In this document: piece by piece, positions 38,887 through 51,400 of the stretch
Layout of the letters: every line of letters begins with the position of its first letter
Position numbering within the stretch: the stretch's first letter is position 1
Assembly (NCBI GenBank): GCA_037379345.1
Contig: CM074524.1
Span: forward strand, 34,791,644 to 34,855,643
Source: Perna viridis
Taxonomy: Eukaryota
Direction: 5' to 3'
Length of the DNA: 64,000 bases
Notes under the pieces: model-generated
Database searches by the model: none
What the model saw: the letters and a program-made list of their open reading frames with translations, nothing else
What the model was told of the DNA's origin: nothing
Program-made: the position numbers and the translations under genes

Positions 38887-39702
38887 ATGATAAATCAATT
38901 GACAAATGAAAATGAGGTACAACAAGGGTATCCTTTGCAACCGAATTTGCAAGTTGTATTACAAGATATTCAATTGAAATTAAATAAACTTGATCTGCTC
39001 GATAGCGTGTGTGAAAGGTTGTCGGTTATAGAGCGTAAATTTGATGCTGTTGACAAAGATATACACCAGTTAAAACAGGCGGTACAGGATCAAGATAGAA
39101 AATTAAATGTTAACGAAACCGATATGGCACAGTTTCATAATAGAATATCAGAATTAGAGTTTTCCCGTAGGGAGTTAGAATCACACACGAACGATCTTCA
39201 TGAAACACTGTTGGATCAACAAACGAGATCTATGAAATATAATTTAATGTTTGAAAATATTAATGAAACATTTAATCAAGATCCAAATGTGAACGAAGAT
39301 ACGGAGGCGGTATTGCAATACTTTCTAGTCCATGAGCTGAAATTGGATGGCAACATAGACTTCCAAAATGTACATCGGCTCAAAAGAAATAATGATCGTA
39401 GCAAAACACGAGGAATAGTTGCTAGGTTCGTTCATTTTAGGGACAAAGAATCGGTTATAAAAGCAGCACAAGAAAATCTAAGGGGGAAACCGCAAAAAGT
39501 TTACTCACAGTATCCACCGGAAATCAGCAATCGACGTAAGGAACTTGTACCGATAATGAAAGAATTTAGAGATCAAGGGAAACGCGCATCTATAGTCGTG
39601 GACAAACTGTATGTAGATGGACAACGCTTTGTGCCAGGCCAGCAAACAGCCGGGGGCCGAGACAGAAATTTGCCAGGAAATCAGCATGTCAGATTCAAGT
39701 AG
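38887..39702 (+). CDS. LINE ORF1p (coiled coil, L1-like RRM, CTD), 5'-truncated
   Basis: Heptad coiled coil, then RSMKYNLMFENI...VHRL...RGIVARF...SQYPPEISNRRKEL...DKLYVDG. Confidence 0.85.
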   Translation: MINQLTNENEVQQGYPLQPNLQVVLQDIQLKLNKLDLLDSVCERLSVIERKFDAVDKDIHQLKQAVQDQDRKLNVNETDMAQFHNRISELEFSRRELESHTNDLHETLLDQQTRSMKYNLMFENINETFNQDPNVNEDTEAVLQYFLVHELKLDGNIDFQNVHRLKRNNDRSKTRGIVARFVHFRDKESVIKAAQENLRGKPQKVYSQYPPEISNRRKELVPIMKEFRDQGKRASIVVDKLYVDGQRFVPGQQTAGGRDRNLPGNQHVRFK

Positions 39703-42700
39703 GACAGGCGGGATAGAGAGAGAAACCCTAATATAAACAACAATTTCTGTAACTTACATAAATTAAAAATAGGTTGTCTGAATGTATGTGGACTTAAGTC
39801 AAAGTTTTTGAACCCAGATTTTTTATTATTTATAAAAGATTATGATATTCTCATGTTTCAAGAAACTATAACTGATATGTATGACAATTTAGAACTACCT
39901 AATGGATATTCATTTAAAGCAAAACATAGAAAAAAATGTACAAAAAAATCAGGTGGTCTTATTATTGTTTATAAAACCTTATTTAAAGAAGTAATTGAAT
40001 TTATAGATTCAGAGTCAGACTTTGTATTATGGATGAGAATGAAAAGTGAAAGGTTAAAATATGATTTATTATTAGGGTGTATTTATATTCCACCAGAAAA
40101 CACAAAGTATGCATCAGATGAAGCTTTTACTGAGATAGAATCTGAAATGTTTGATTTTTATAAAACGGGTGAAAAAATATGTCTTTTAGGTGATTTTAAT
40201 GCCAAAACAAGTAATTTACCAGATTTTGTTCAACCAGATAGTTCTTTATTGGATACTTTTGATTTGTTTGATGATCCAGATCTTATAACTTTTATGTATG
40301 ACTATGAAAACTTATTACGGGCTAGTCTTCCTCTAGAAAGGAAAAGTACTTGTACAGGCAAGCCAAATACATATGGTCACAAACTTTTAGATATGTGTAG
40401 AAAAAATAATGTCTATATAATAAATGGTAGAGTAGGTAATGATCGGTTCAAAGGTGAGCGTACTTGTAAAGATTTAACTATAGTTGATTATTGTCTATGT
40501 TCATCCAATTTACTGTTTTATATATCTGCATTTGAGATAGGAGAGTTTTCCCCCATGTTCTCGGACGTACATAAGCTGATTTCTTTAACTTTAGATATTA
40601 TCAGAAATATAGAAACGGAAAGTTATGACGATGATAAGCGAAATGATCATGGAGAAAAGGCGAAACGTTGGGATAACGAAAAGCATGATGATTTCATCGA
40701 TCGTATCCTTGAAGATGAAGAGTTCACTGAATTAAATTTTATGGTCGATGAGCTTTGTAATCTAGAGGATGTGAGTAGTGAAATTAACATGGAGAATATT
40801 AACGAGATAGTCGATGGCATACATAATCTTTTTAACCGAACAGCTAAGGCCACTTTCGGTACTATTAAACAAAAGTCGTCGGTCGGCAAGAGTACGACGA
40901 AACTTCGTCCGTGGTTTGACGAAACTTGTAAAGTGAAGAGGCACGAGTTTAATATAGCGAGAAAGCAATATAATAAATCGAAAACTGAAGTAAATCGATT
41001 AATATTAGCGGACACGAGTAAAGAATACAAGCTCGCTATGAACAGGAGTTTTCAAAAATTTCAAAATAATATAACTGCTGAAATTCGAACATCCCCGAAG
41101 TCAAATCCCAAAAAGTTTTGGAAACTGCTGAATCGTTTTTCTGAAAATAAGAGCAGTTCGATTGAAGTCTCCTTGGAAGATTTATTTGATTATTTTAAAG
41201 AAATGAACGAGTTTGATGACGAGGACACGGTTCCGAATGTCGATATAGATATAGATAATGAAGTTAACTTTGAGAGCAATGAGATTCTTAATTCTCCTAT
41301 ATCCCGTGCAGAAATAGAAAATGTTATATTGAATCTTCATAATGAAAAGGCAAGTGGCCTGGATTGTGTAACTAACGAATACATAAAACACTCATTACAT
41401 GTTATGATTCCTATATATGAAAAATTGTTCAATTTTATTTTTGATACGGGAATTGTCCCGGATAGTTGGTCAGTAGGAATTATTACCCCTGTATTTAGAA
41501 ATAAAGGGAGTCAGAAAGAACCCAAAAATTATAGAGGGATTACTTTGATGAGCTGTCTAGGGAAGGTATTCACTGGTATTTTGAATAATAGGTTATGTCT
41601 GTTTTCAGACGAAGTTAATCTTATATCACAGTCACAAGCAGGGTTTCGAAAATTTCACTCGACAGTTGATAATATTTTTATTTTACATTCACTTATTAGC
41701 TTATATCTCTCAAAGAATAAAAAAATCTTTTGTACATTTGTAGATTTTAGCCGAGCATTTGATACTGTCTGGAGAGCCGGCTTATGGCAGAAATTACACA
41801 AAAATAATATAAGCGGAAAATGTTATAATGTAATTTACAACCTCTATCAGAATGTAAAATCTTGTGTAACTAAAAATGGAATTAACTCGGATTTTTTTGC
41901 TTGTAATATTGGGGTTCGTCAGGGAGAAAATTTATCTCCCTTCCTTTTCTCACTTTTCATAAATGATATAGAGAAGTATTTAGAAAATAATGATGTGGTA
42001 TCACTAGGTTTAATTGACGATTTAAGTAATGATATGTTAGAATTTTATTTAAGAATCTTTCTACTTCTTTATGCTGACGATACAGTACTTATCTCAGAAA
42101 GTGCTGAAGGTATGCAAAAAATGCTTGATACTTTTAGAGATTATTGTAAGGAATGGAAGTTAAATGTTAATGTGGAGAAGACAAAGGTGGTCATATTTTC
42201 TAAAAAGAAGATCGCTCAAAATGTAAAATTTATGTTCAATGATAATAAGCTTGATGCATGTGATTCCTATAATTATTTAGGCATCTTGTTCCATTATAAT
42301 AGTAATCTTGATAATACTAAGAAAAAGCTTGTTCAACAAGCACAAAAAGCGTTGTATTCTGTATATTATAAGATACGAAACATTAATATACCCATAGATT
42401 TACAACTTAAAATATTTGACACTTTAGTCCGACCCATTTTTCTCTATGGTTGTGAGGTAATCGGGTATGAAAAGAATGATACTATAGAAAAGGTGCATTT
42501 GCAATTTTTAAAGAAAATTCTTAAAGTTCAAGCAACAACCTCTAGCCATCTAGTTTACGGTGAACTTGGTCGGTTTCCATTGATTGTTGATATTAAATGT
42601 CGAATACTGTGCTTTTGGAACTCTTTAGTTGGCTCTAATAAGTTATCTGCAAAATTTGCTCTTTTACTATATAACCTGAACAAGAATGGTTTATTAGATA

Positions 42701-43404
42701 CAAAGTGAATCAAATTTGTTAAATCAACTTTTAATGAAGTTGGTCTGACTTTCATTTTCTCAGATTATCTACATGTAAGCTCTTTATGGCTGAAGACTCA
42801 TGCCAAACAGATATTAAAAGACCAATTCGTTCAAAAGTGGTATGCTGAACTTACTAATACATCGAGAGGGCAATTTTATCTTAAGTTTAAAAATGAGTTC
42901 GTGTTGGAACCATATTTACTTCGCCTAAACCCTACTCAAAGATTATATATTACAAAACTTCGATTATCAAACACTAAATTCCCCGTAGAGACAGGACGAT
43001 GGAGGAATGTCCAAAGAGACAATCGAATATGCACTAAATGTAATTCCGGAGAGGTTGGCAGTGAATTTCATTATCTATTTATTTGCCAGTACCCTGATAT
43101 ACTTGAAAAACGGTTGAAGCACATTCCTCGATATTATATCAACAATCCCAGTGAAACCAAAATGATTGGTTTATTAAAATATTGTCATAACAAATTTCTT
43201 ATTAATTTAACATCTTTTGTTAAACAAATATGTCCATTATTTTAAAACTGTCAACTCACTATCCCCCATGTTTTTGAATTCATTAATTGTAATTCTATGT
43301 ATATTATATTGTCTTTATATATTTGATTAGTATTGTATATCATGCTTATGTTGCACTGTAATGTGCCTGAGTTTCAACATAAAATCTTGAATCTTGAATC
43401 TTGA
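38890..43404 (+). mobile_element. Young, 5'-truncated RTE-X/CR1-group LINE nested in the L1 element
   Basis: Open ORF1 and almost open ORF2, 3' tail (ATCTTGA)n at 43384-43404. The host L1 frame EYYDK|TSDAARIR is restored when the insert is removed. Confidence 0.92.
39703..43245 (+). CDS. LINE ORF2p (APE endonuclease, RT, C-terminal zinc finger) with one internal TGA at 42706-42708
   Basis: LKIGCLNVCGL, FQET, LGDFNA, SDVH; FVDFSRAFD, GVRQGENLSP, YADD; PVETGRW...CTKC...EFHYLFIC. ORFs 39808..42708 and 42901..43245 are in the same frame. Confidence 0.92.
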
Positions 43405-45084
43405 ATAAAACATCTGATGCAGCTAGGATAAGATCCAAGGTAAATTGGTATGAAAAGGGGGAGAAACCCACTAAGTATTTTTTTAATTTAGAAAAAAAGA
43501 GGGGATGCCAAAAACTTTGGACAAAGGTAAAGACAGCTTATGGAGATTACAGAGAAGGTATAGACGCGATTTTAGAAGCACAATTAGCATTTTATGAAAA
43601 TCTTTTTACATCAGAGGGATGGGATAATGATGCAGCAGAAACATTGTTGCATAACGTAGATATATATTTGGGAGAGGAAGACAAATATTTTTGTGAACAA
43701 GACATAACCTTGGATGAAATCTTAAAAGCTGTAAATAAATTTAAACCAGAGAAATCCCCAGGAGAGGATGGGATACTAAGTGAGTTTTATAGGCTTTATT
43801 GGTACTTTATAGGAGAAGATTTTTGTAAGGTGGTTAATGAAATACTAGAAAAAAAATGCATTGTGTGACTCCCAATATAAAGGAGTAATTACACTTATGT
43901 TCAAAGCTGGGGAAAGGGAAGATATTAAAAACTGGTGTCCAATTACATTTTTATATACGGACTGTAAAATTATTTCGAAGTTGATGGCAGAAAGGTGAAA
44001 GCATGTATTACCTATCATCGACACTGATCAAAAGGGATTCGTGAAGGGTCGTAATATCTTTCAAGGTAATAGACTGCTTCAAGATATTATAGATTCGTTT
44101 AACTCACCAGCTCACCACTATTTAGCTCACCAGGAGTTAAAAAACTGACTTAGCATACACAATGACTAATAAATCTACATATTGCAAGCTTGCAAAGAGA
44201 TTTTAGGCAGAAGATGACACTTTAAAACCTTAACTTGAGAAAAATACCCCAAAATTTGAAATATGACCCCAAATTTATGAAATTTCAACAAACTTGCATA
44301 AAATGAGGCTACTAACCAGAAAAAAGAAGACCAGAAGACAAGAATGGTCTGTTTAGTATTCCTTAGGTGTCAAACACTTAAACTTACCCCAAAAAGATGA
44401 AAATTGAGTACTTTTATTTTTTTCCATATTTCTTAATAGGTGTCATACCACTATATCTGGTCTCCATTACTTTCTATGTTAAATTCAGCTTTTTATAAGG
44501 CTCAAAATTTTTTTTTACATCAGTACAGATGGTGCTAGAGGGGTATCATTATGATGGTCACCCTTTACCTTAACTCTCATAAAAATACCAACATACCTTA
44601 TGTGCCTTCTAAGAAAGAATGGTAAAGTGAAAGTAGACAGGTGCAGAAATCACTACTTTCATTTTGAAATTTAGTCAGATCAAGGGGCCTAGAGTTTTTG
44701 TTCATAACTGTTTTACCCTACACTGAATAAAGAAAATGAAGTTTTTAGAGTATTGATGATTCATTTAGCTTTCAGATGATACCAAGTTAGTATACCTCTA
44801 CTAAACAAGGAGAATGATAGTGTGCAATATAACTACTTCCTTCTATGTGCAGGTGACTGGTTTCCAAAATAGCGGTATTACACCTTTACGTTTAAATGTT
44901 TGTCCATAAACCGAAGAACCCAGAATGCATTTCGGCGTTAGTTCGGATTTATTCTATGTGAAGAAAGTACAATACCGAGAAGTTTATCAAGCAGACGAAT
45001 GTCATCGGAGTTCGACGGGAACTTACGAACTTCGTTTGTAAACAAATCGTCCCGCAGAAACCAATATTGGCGGATATTAGTATG

Positions 45085-45180
45085 GGATTTTCCACGGGAC
45101 TCGAACTCGTACTGCTGTGACATCTATGGCAACACCGCCTGCACTAAGTCCAGCGCCCTAGACCACTCGGCCAGCTAGGC
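45085..45180 (-). mobile_element. tRNA-derived SINE head / tRNA pseudogene
   Basis: A box TGGCCGAGTGG (45173-45163) and B box GTTCGAGTC (45106-45098); the acceptor stem does not pair. Confidence 0.65.
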
Positions 45181-46286
45181 TATATAGCTTTCGCTGGCCG
45201 GGTCATTCCTCCATACATATATATATATATATGTGTGACGTCGAGTATAATTGACTCAATTCTGTTAACAGTCCAGTGGGTAATTTGGAAGCACAGGAAT
45301 GCTAATAAATACCAAAAGAAGGTTGTAACCAAAGTAATAATTCGAAATATGTTAATAAATGAAATTATTTTTTTCTCAGATATCGTCAATTACGAATTAG
45401 GCGATGACATATATCATGCAATTTGTAAATTTTTTACACGTGTATAAGAACGGGTAGCATTTATTGTAGCTTACCCGGGGTTATCAATACTCCCTATATG
45501 TATATGTTGTTTTCAATGATTTTTTCAAGTTAGGCATATTATTGTGCATCTTTTTGATACCTTTGTATAAATATAGTCTTCATCATTATAGAATTTACTT
45601 ACATAATTTAAAATAATATATCCACACACTTTTAAAAGTTTCAGCCACGTGCTCTAATCTATCCCTTCAAATTCAATGATGCATGACATTTAAAGTCCGT
45701 GTGCCTCAGATAACGGTCAAATATTGATACTCTACGGTCCTTGGATTAATTTGTTTATATATGATTCTTTAACAGTTCATATAATATATAGAACGTTTGG
45801 TTGACATGAGTGATATAGTAGGTATACAAATCAAGAAACGGGAGTAACTCTCATACATTCCCTGGATATGAGAGGTGTAAAAACAGGGAACCCCTTATTC
45901 AGCTACCCTGGGCTGTAAGGGGATTTCGATGTACTGCAGGAATTAATAATGAATTTATGTATTTAAAAAATGGAGAGGAGATTGATAAGTTGTTAAAACC
46001 CGAGTCCAATCCTTTTGTTTTATGGACAATAAAATGTTAAATATATTCCTTACGTATATACAATACCTGTATATTGCCGGAAAAAAATATCAAATTTATG
46101 TGACGAGCTTCAGGAACAGTGGGATTACGAGGGTTCTCCAAGCTAGTTTGACTGCTTCGAAGCGAGTACAAATAAATTTATCCTGCAACACATTTTCTAA
46201 ATAAAACATAGGAATTTCGTCCAAAATAATTCTTTTGAGCACTGTCAGCGAGGGCACCTTTAAACTAGATACCTGTTCCCTGTTTT

Positions 46287-46624
46287 TGGATCGTTATGGT
46301 GTATCCATCTGCACCATGAAAACTGATTTATTCAACGGGTCATAGTTTTCCTTTCCTCGTTTGTCTAACCCGAACTTGACTTTTTATGAGCAACTCGGCG
46401 GGTGTTTCTAGAAAAGCAAAGGACGCTTACCCTACCGGTGCACTTGGTCCATGTTCCCAGTTTTTAGTGGAGTCCGAGTTGCTCATTTGCTTTTGTTAAT
46501 TTGTATGTATGATTTTAGTTACTTTATGTTCTTTTTTGTGTGTGTCTGTTTTCCATGTCTGGTCTTTGTCCCTGGATTACATTCTTTTGATTACCGCTAA
46601 AACCTTGGTTCCCTTGATTACTCT
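46287..46624 (+). mobile_element. Penelope-like 3' fragment
   Basis: [18 protein letters not shown] followed by the same structured 3' UTR. Confidence 0.88.
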
Positions 46625-48487
46625 TTGACGTTGCTCATAACAAAATCATAGCAAATCTATTGAATACTACTAATATTGGTATCCTCTTTATATCAATAAA
46701 ATTCTTTAGTAAAATTTATTGTAATCAGCAACATTTGGTGAAAATCAGGATAATTTAGCAACTATATTCAATGATTTTTTTTCCATATTTCAGAGAAAGA
46801 AAAAAAAATTAAGTTCAGTTTGTATAAGTTAGTGCAATGGTATCGACGATATTTTTAAGTCAGACAATAAGCAAAAATCGTATTCTGATAGTGCCAACAG
46901 TAATTGTACACTTATAGAGCTTAGATCCACCCTTCAATCAGCACTAAGTAGGATAAGTGAACTTGAAAAGAATGAAAAAGTACATTTTAAAGAAATTGAA
47001 ACTTTTAAAAAAAAAGCAATCAAACGTTAAAGACAGAAGTATCTGTGTATGTTGAGAAATTTGACAATCTTCTTGCGTGCTATGACCGTAAATGTGCACA
47101 ATGCGACAGTAACTTAAACTTTTTACGCAAAAATCGAAGTCAATAGGGGAATTCGATTACAATGAATATCTCGCGAATATTAAGCTTTCGGAACTTGAAA
47201 CGGTGTGACAAGCAAAGTTAATCGGTAGCTTACAGAAAAATGTGTCAGACTTAAAACTATCATGTCAACAGTCGTACGCTTCAGCTACCCAAGGGGAACC
47301 CTTAAAATCGAAAGTTGTAACTACCCGTGAAAATCTGTTAACCGCCATATAAGTGTGAAGTAAACCGATAAGTCTGCGCCTAACGGTACAACTCAAGTAC
47401 ATCTGATAATAACGTGAAAGCCCTAGGGCTTCGACTTCCGATCAGAACACTAAAAGCGCTACACTAAGCAATAATAACGGAACCGGAACTTCGAATTTTA
47501 ACGAATCTACCAAGTCACATTCACCTAATGACACTACGTATCATATCCCTGTACGATCAGGCGGTAAAACTGACAATTTAAAATCTACTTATAGCGATAT
47601 GTTCTTTTCGGGCGTAAAGAAACGTAGCAAAACTCCTAGATTCTATTTGTCGGGTATTGAATTGAAATCAACACGAGAAGGTATACTCGCCTTCTTGGAT
47701 CGTAAATGTGCAAATGTGACTTACCTACGGTTGTTCAATAGATACGAAGGGCAACACTTCATATCGGCTAATAACACGTTTCCCAAGATTGTGCTCAAGT
47801 CCTAAGCGACAAAAACTTTTGACCAAACGGCGTATCTTGTTGTGAATGGCTGAGCGAACTTGAATGGCATAAGAGACTAGCAGAATCCCCCTATCAGTAT
47901 AATCACAGTGCAACTTGTATCAATTATCATGATTAAGTACATTATACTAACTTGTACTGTTTATGTTGCTATTTATTCCATCATTTATGAACAGTCTTAA
48001 AATTGTATCATGGAATGTAAGGGGTATCATGTCTACAACAGTCTGTCTTAGCGCACTTATTAATTTGGCAAAATGTGATGCCCTACGGGGAATTTGGTTA
48101 ACAGAAAACAACTAACTTACAGTCGGCAACAACAAAGTATGCGATTGACTGTTACAAAATACAAATGTTTATCCAAGGCGATAACTCTCAAATAAAAGAT
48201 GTTATCAGGCGTGATGAACAAAACAAAGTAGCCCCTGAGCCAAGTCAAAACAACCATGCCTTAGTCGTAGATTTGCAAGTAAACGTCCAAATGTTGTTAG
48301 AAAAAGTGTCTCAGCTTGAGAAAACGGACGCATATAATACGAAAACTGTCAAAAAGTTACAAGCGGAAAATCTAAAGCTCATTTCTGATTTAGATGAACT
48401 GAAGGAAAAACATGAATTGTTGAACAACGAGGTAACTCGAAAGTCTATTCTATATGATTCAAAACTGAAACGATTATCTCAAGATAC

Positions 48488-51400
48488 TGTAGTGGTCCGG
48501 GGTTTAGGTCGCCCCAACAGGATGCAGCTTTGGGGAATTCCCGACACTGTTCCCGCCAAAAACCAGCCAGCCGGAACGAGGCAGAAGATTTCCAGACTCT
48601 AGCCTAACCAGACGCATATAACCTAACAGCAAGATCAAGTTGATTGCAGTCCAGTGTACACACACACATATATATATAGTAAGTAGTCGTAAGAACTATA
48701 TTGGCACTGCGACTATTTACAACCTGCGGGATTTTCCAGCCGCAGATTTAGTGGAAAATTCTGGTTTTTTTTCTTCTTCAAAATTTGAGGGAGGGAACTC
48801 GTTGACCGCGTGGTCGAGGGTCGGCCATTACGATCGCTCCCGATTTTCGTTGTTCACCCGGGAAGTTTTAGGGATTTAGAGGAATCATCTCTGTTTATCT
48901 CGGTTAGGGATAGCACAGTGAGAATTCGTTTTTCTTTTCTGTAAGAATTTTCAGGTGGAAATTATTTTTCCCAAATCCTAGGGTATTGCCTGGAAGGGCT
49001 GGTACGCTGTGGGACAGCTAGGTCTAGGACATATAGGAATAGGGAAGATAAGTTTACATCACAGCAGTTAATCTCTTACAAAAGAACATTGTTTTGAGTC
49101 ACAGGAAAAGGGACCTAGTGGAAAAATCTAGTTTTCCCTTAAAAAACCTACATACACGCATAACAGAAAAAAAAAGCCCATGCCCAATTATTCCCCAATT
49201 TTTGGACTATTTTGGAAACCTATGGATATTTTTTTTACATAGAAGAGGGTGCAGCCATCAGCCACTTAGCGTACGATGGGTACACAGGTAAGAGTGAATT
49301 ACTGCTCATATGAAGAGCTTCTAGACCTCCCAGGTATAGGTAGAATTTTAGCGGGGCAAATTCTTGATTTGAGGGAGGAACAGGGATCCCTAAATTTTCA
49401 CGACCTTAGTGAGGTCCCGTACTTAAGGGTGACCCACAGTTAGTGGAATTAATGGACTTTACCCCATATGAGGAAGAAATAGAGGGGGATTATAAAGATG
49501 ACGTGGGAGCATGGAGAAACGGTCAAAAGAGTTGACGAGTTGGTAAGGACAAAGTCCAAACCTGGCCAACAGGGTTATGTAACCCTAAGCACTACCCGGT
49601 TTGGAGGGGAGTTCGGTAGTGAGGGAAAATCGTAGACAGAAAGAGCCCCTTCACCCCCAGAGTTAAGTGAGCTATCCCTAGATGATATTGGAGAGCATGA
49701 CTCTGCGTTTTATGTTACCCCTGGCCCCACATCACAGGCAACCCCATGGTGGAACACCACTCCTGGCCCGAGATACCCCCACCAGAGACAAAGGTCAGTG
49801 TCGCAAAGGTTGACGTATGAAACCCCACTGGTGGAAGGTTATGATAGGGGGAGAGAAGGTCAAGGAGGGATACATTTGTTGGTAGTAGGGGTTACAACCG
49901 GAATAGGTCAAGCTTTGAACCTAATGAGGTGGAAACACCAGCAGGTGGGAGGGGTCATTTCAAAGAGAGGTGGAGTGGGAGAGCAGACCCGAATAGGGGG
50001 GGGGAACAGGGAGAGGTACAGGTACGCCCTCCGGTGGGAGGAACTGTAGGGACGAACCTTATAGAGAAGGTAGGGGAGACGTATTTAGGGGTAGGCCCCA
50101 GGGTGTAAGAGTCCACAGGGATAAAACACCATCGGGCAGGATAAGTGAGCAACCCTACTCGGGTCGTGCAGGTTCAGCACCTATGGGTAGAGATGATTGG
50201 GAACAAGATGAGAGAGGGAGGGGAAATGCCAAATGTGTCACCATCCTAAAGGCCTTAAAATATGATGGGAAGTCTAACTGGCAAGCTTTATATGCCAAGT
50301 TCTCCTGGTACTCAGAGGTGAAAGAGTGGTTCCCACAGGAGTGCATGGACCAGTTGTGTTGGGCCCCGGGAGGAAAGGCCAGTGAGTATTACGCACTTCT
50401 GGTGGAGCGCAACCACAATATGGCTTATGGGGACTTTTTTTAACGATTTGGGTTTAAAGAACTCCCAGAGACGGCCCAATTGCAGTTAATAATGCCCGAC
50501 AAGCCCCAGAAGAGTCTCTTGAGGACTGGGCTGACAGGGTACTAACCCTGACTACTAAGGCATTCAGGTCTCTCCCTGATCCCCACATGCACCAGCAGGC
50601 AATTCTGAAACTTTCAGGCTGCGGCAGACAAAGAAGCAGGGAGCTATGCTTCTAATATACGCCCCACAAGCATTGAGGAGGCAGTTGATAAGATGCGCTG
50701 GTTTCACTATAACCACCAAGCTATATATTGTAGGGGGCCCGTAAGGGAAGTTAAAATGGTGGGTCCGGAACGGGGGTGGTGCAGCCACTCAGAGAGGGAA
50801 GAGCTTCTTCAAGTATGTGCAACTGCAGAGGGGGAGGGAAGGCGAATCAGGCTCCCTGGAAAAATGAAATTGAACGGCTGGAGGGAAAAATTGAGGAGCT
50901 GGTTACCAATATGGCTGGTCAATTCAGGCCCCCAGTCTCCCGTAGCCCATCCCCTAGCTCAAAGGGGGAACGTGTTTCCATTGCCAGCAGGAAGGCCACT
51001 TTAAGAGGGAGTGCCCAAATAGAAGGCCTGATTCGCCATAACCAAAGAGCGTAAGTCTTTCAGAGAGGCCGTTAAACAGCAACGGGTCAGTTCACGAGGC
51101 CTGAACTTGACCCCTCAACTCAAAGGTCTCACCGGTAGTGAAGCAGTTAGGGCAGACAGTACACTAAGGGTGCAAGGGTCTATTCTAAAAAAAAGCAACT
51201 TAAACCGGGGGCTCATGTGGATGGCAATGGGAAGCAAGTTACCCCAGAGTATCCTAGGACCCGACCTGGGGTAAAACCTCAAACCATGGCCCAACTGGAA
51301 TCAAACACAATGTTGGAGAGTCCCCACCCTAGGCAAGTGTCTCCAGGGTGGGGTAGAGCCCAACAAGGTTACCCTAGAGAAACGATAGGAAGGACCCATC

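Larger units (their letters stand above)
30960..45450 (+). mobile_element. Decayed L1/Tx1-like LINE split by nested insertions (pieces about 30960-33154, 38234-38893, 43405-44095, 45235-45450)
   Basis: ORF1 remnants with CCHC knuckles (CLYCSKTDHPSYKC, CYRCNSLTHTIKDC, CYRCGVEGHGHRQC). ORF2 EN CLQETH...SRGIGIL...IYAP continues after the insert as LGDFN...SDH. Then IRSKVNWYEKGEKPTKYFFNLEK, KSPGEDG, DQKGFVKGR and C-terminal WVIWKHRN. Confidence 0.85.

Noticed and set aside
42706-42708. In-frame TGA as selenocysteine or a programmed recoding site
   Set aside because: The position fits a Trp codon (TGG>TGA transition) and no SECIS-like element is evident in the short 3' UTR.
44096-44900. Insertion replacing the L1 RT core, as a classifiable DNA transposon
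   Set aside because: No convincing matched TIRs, TSD or ORF could be established, so it is left unclassified.
45085-45180. Functional tRNA-Leu/Ser gene
   Set aside because: A and B boxes are present, but the acceptor stem does not pair and the central region is expanded. A SINE head is more likely.
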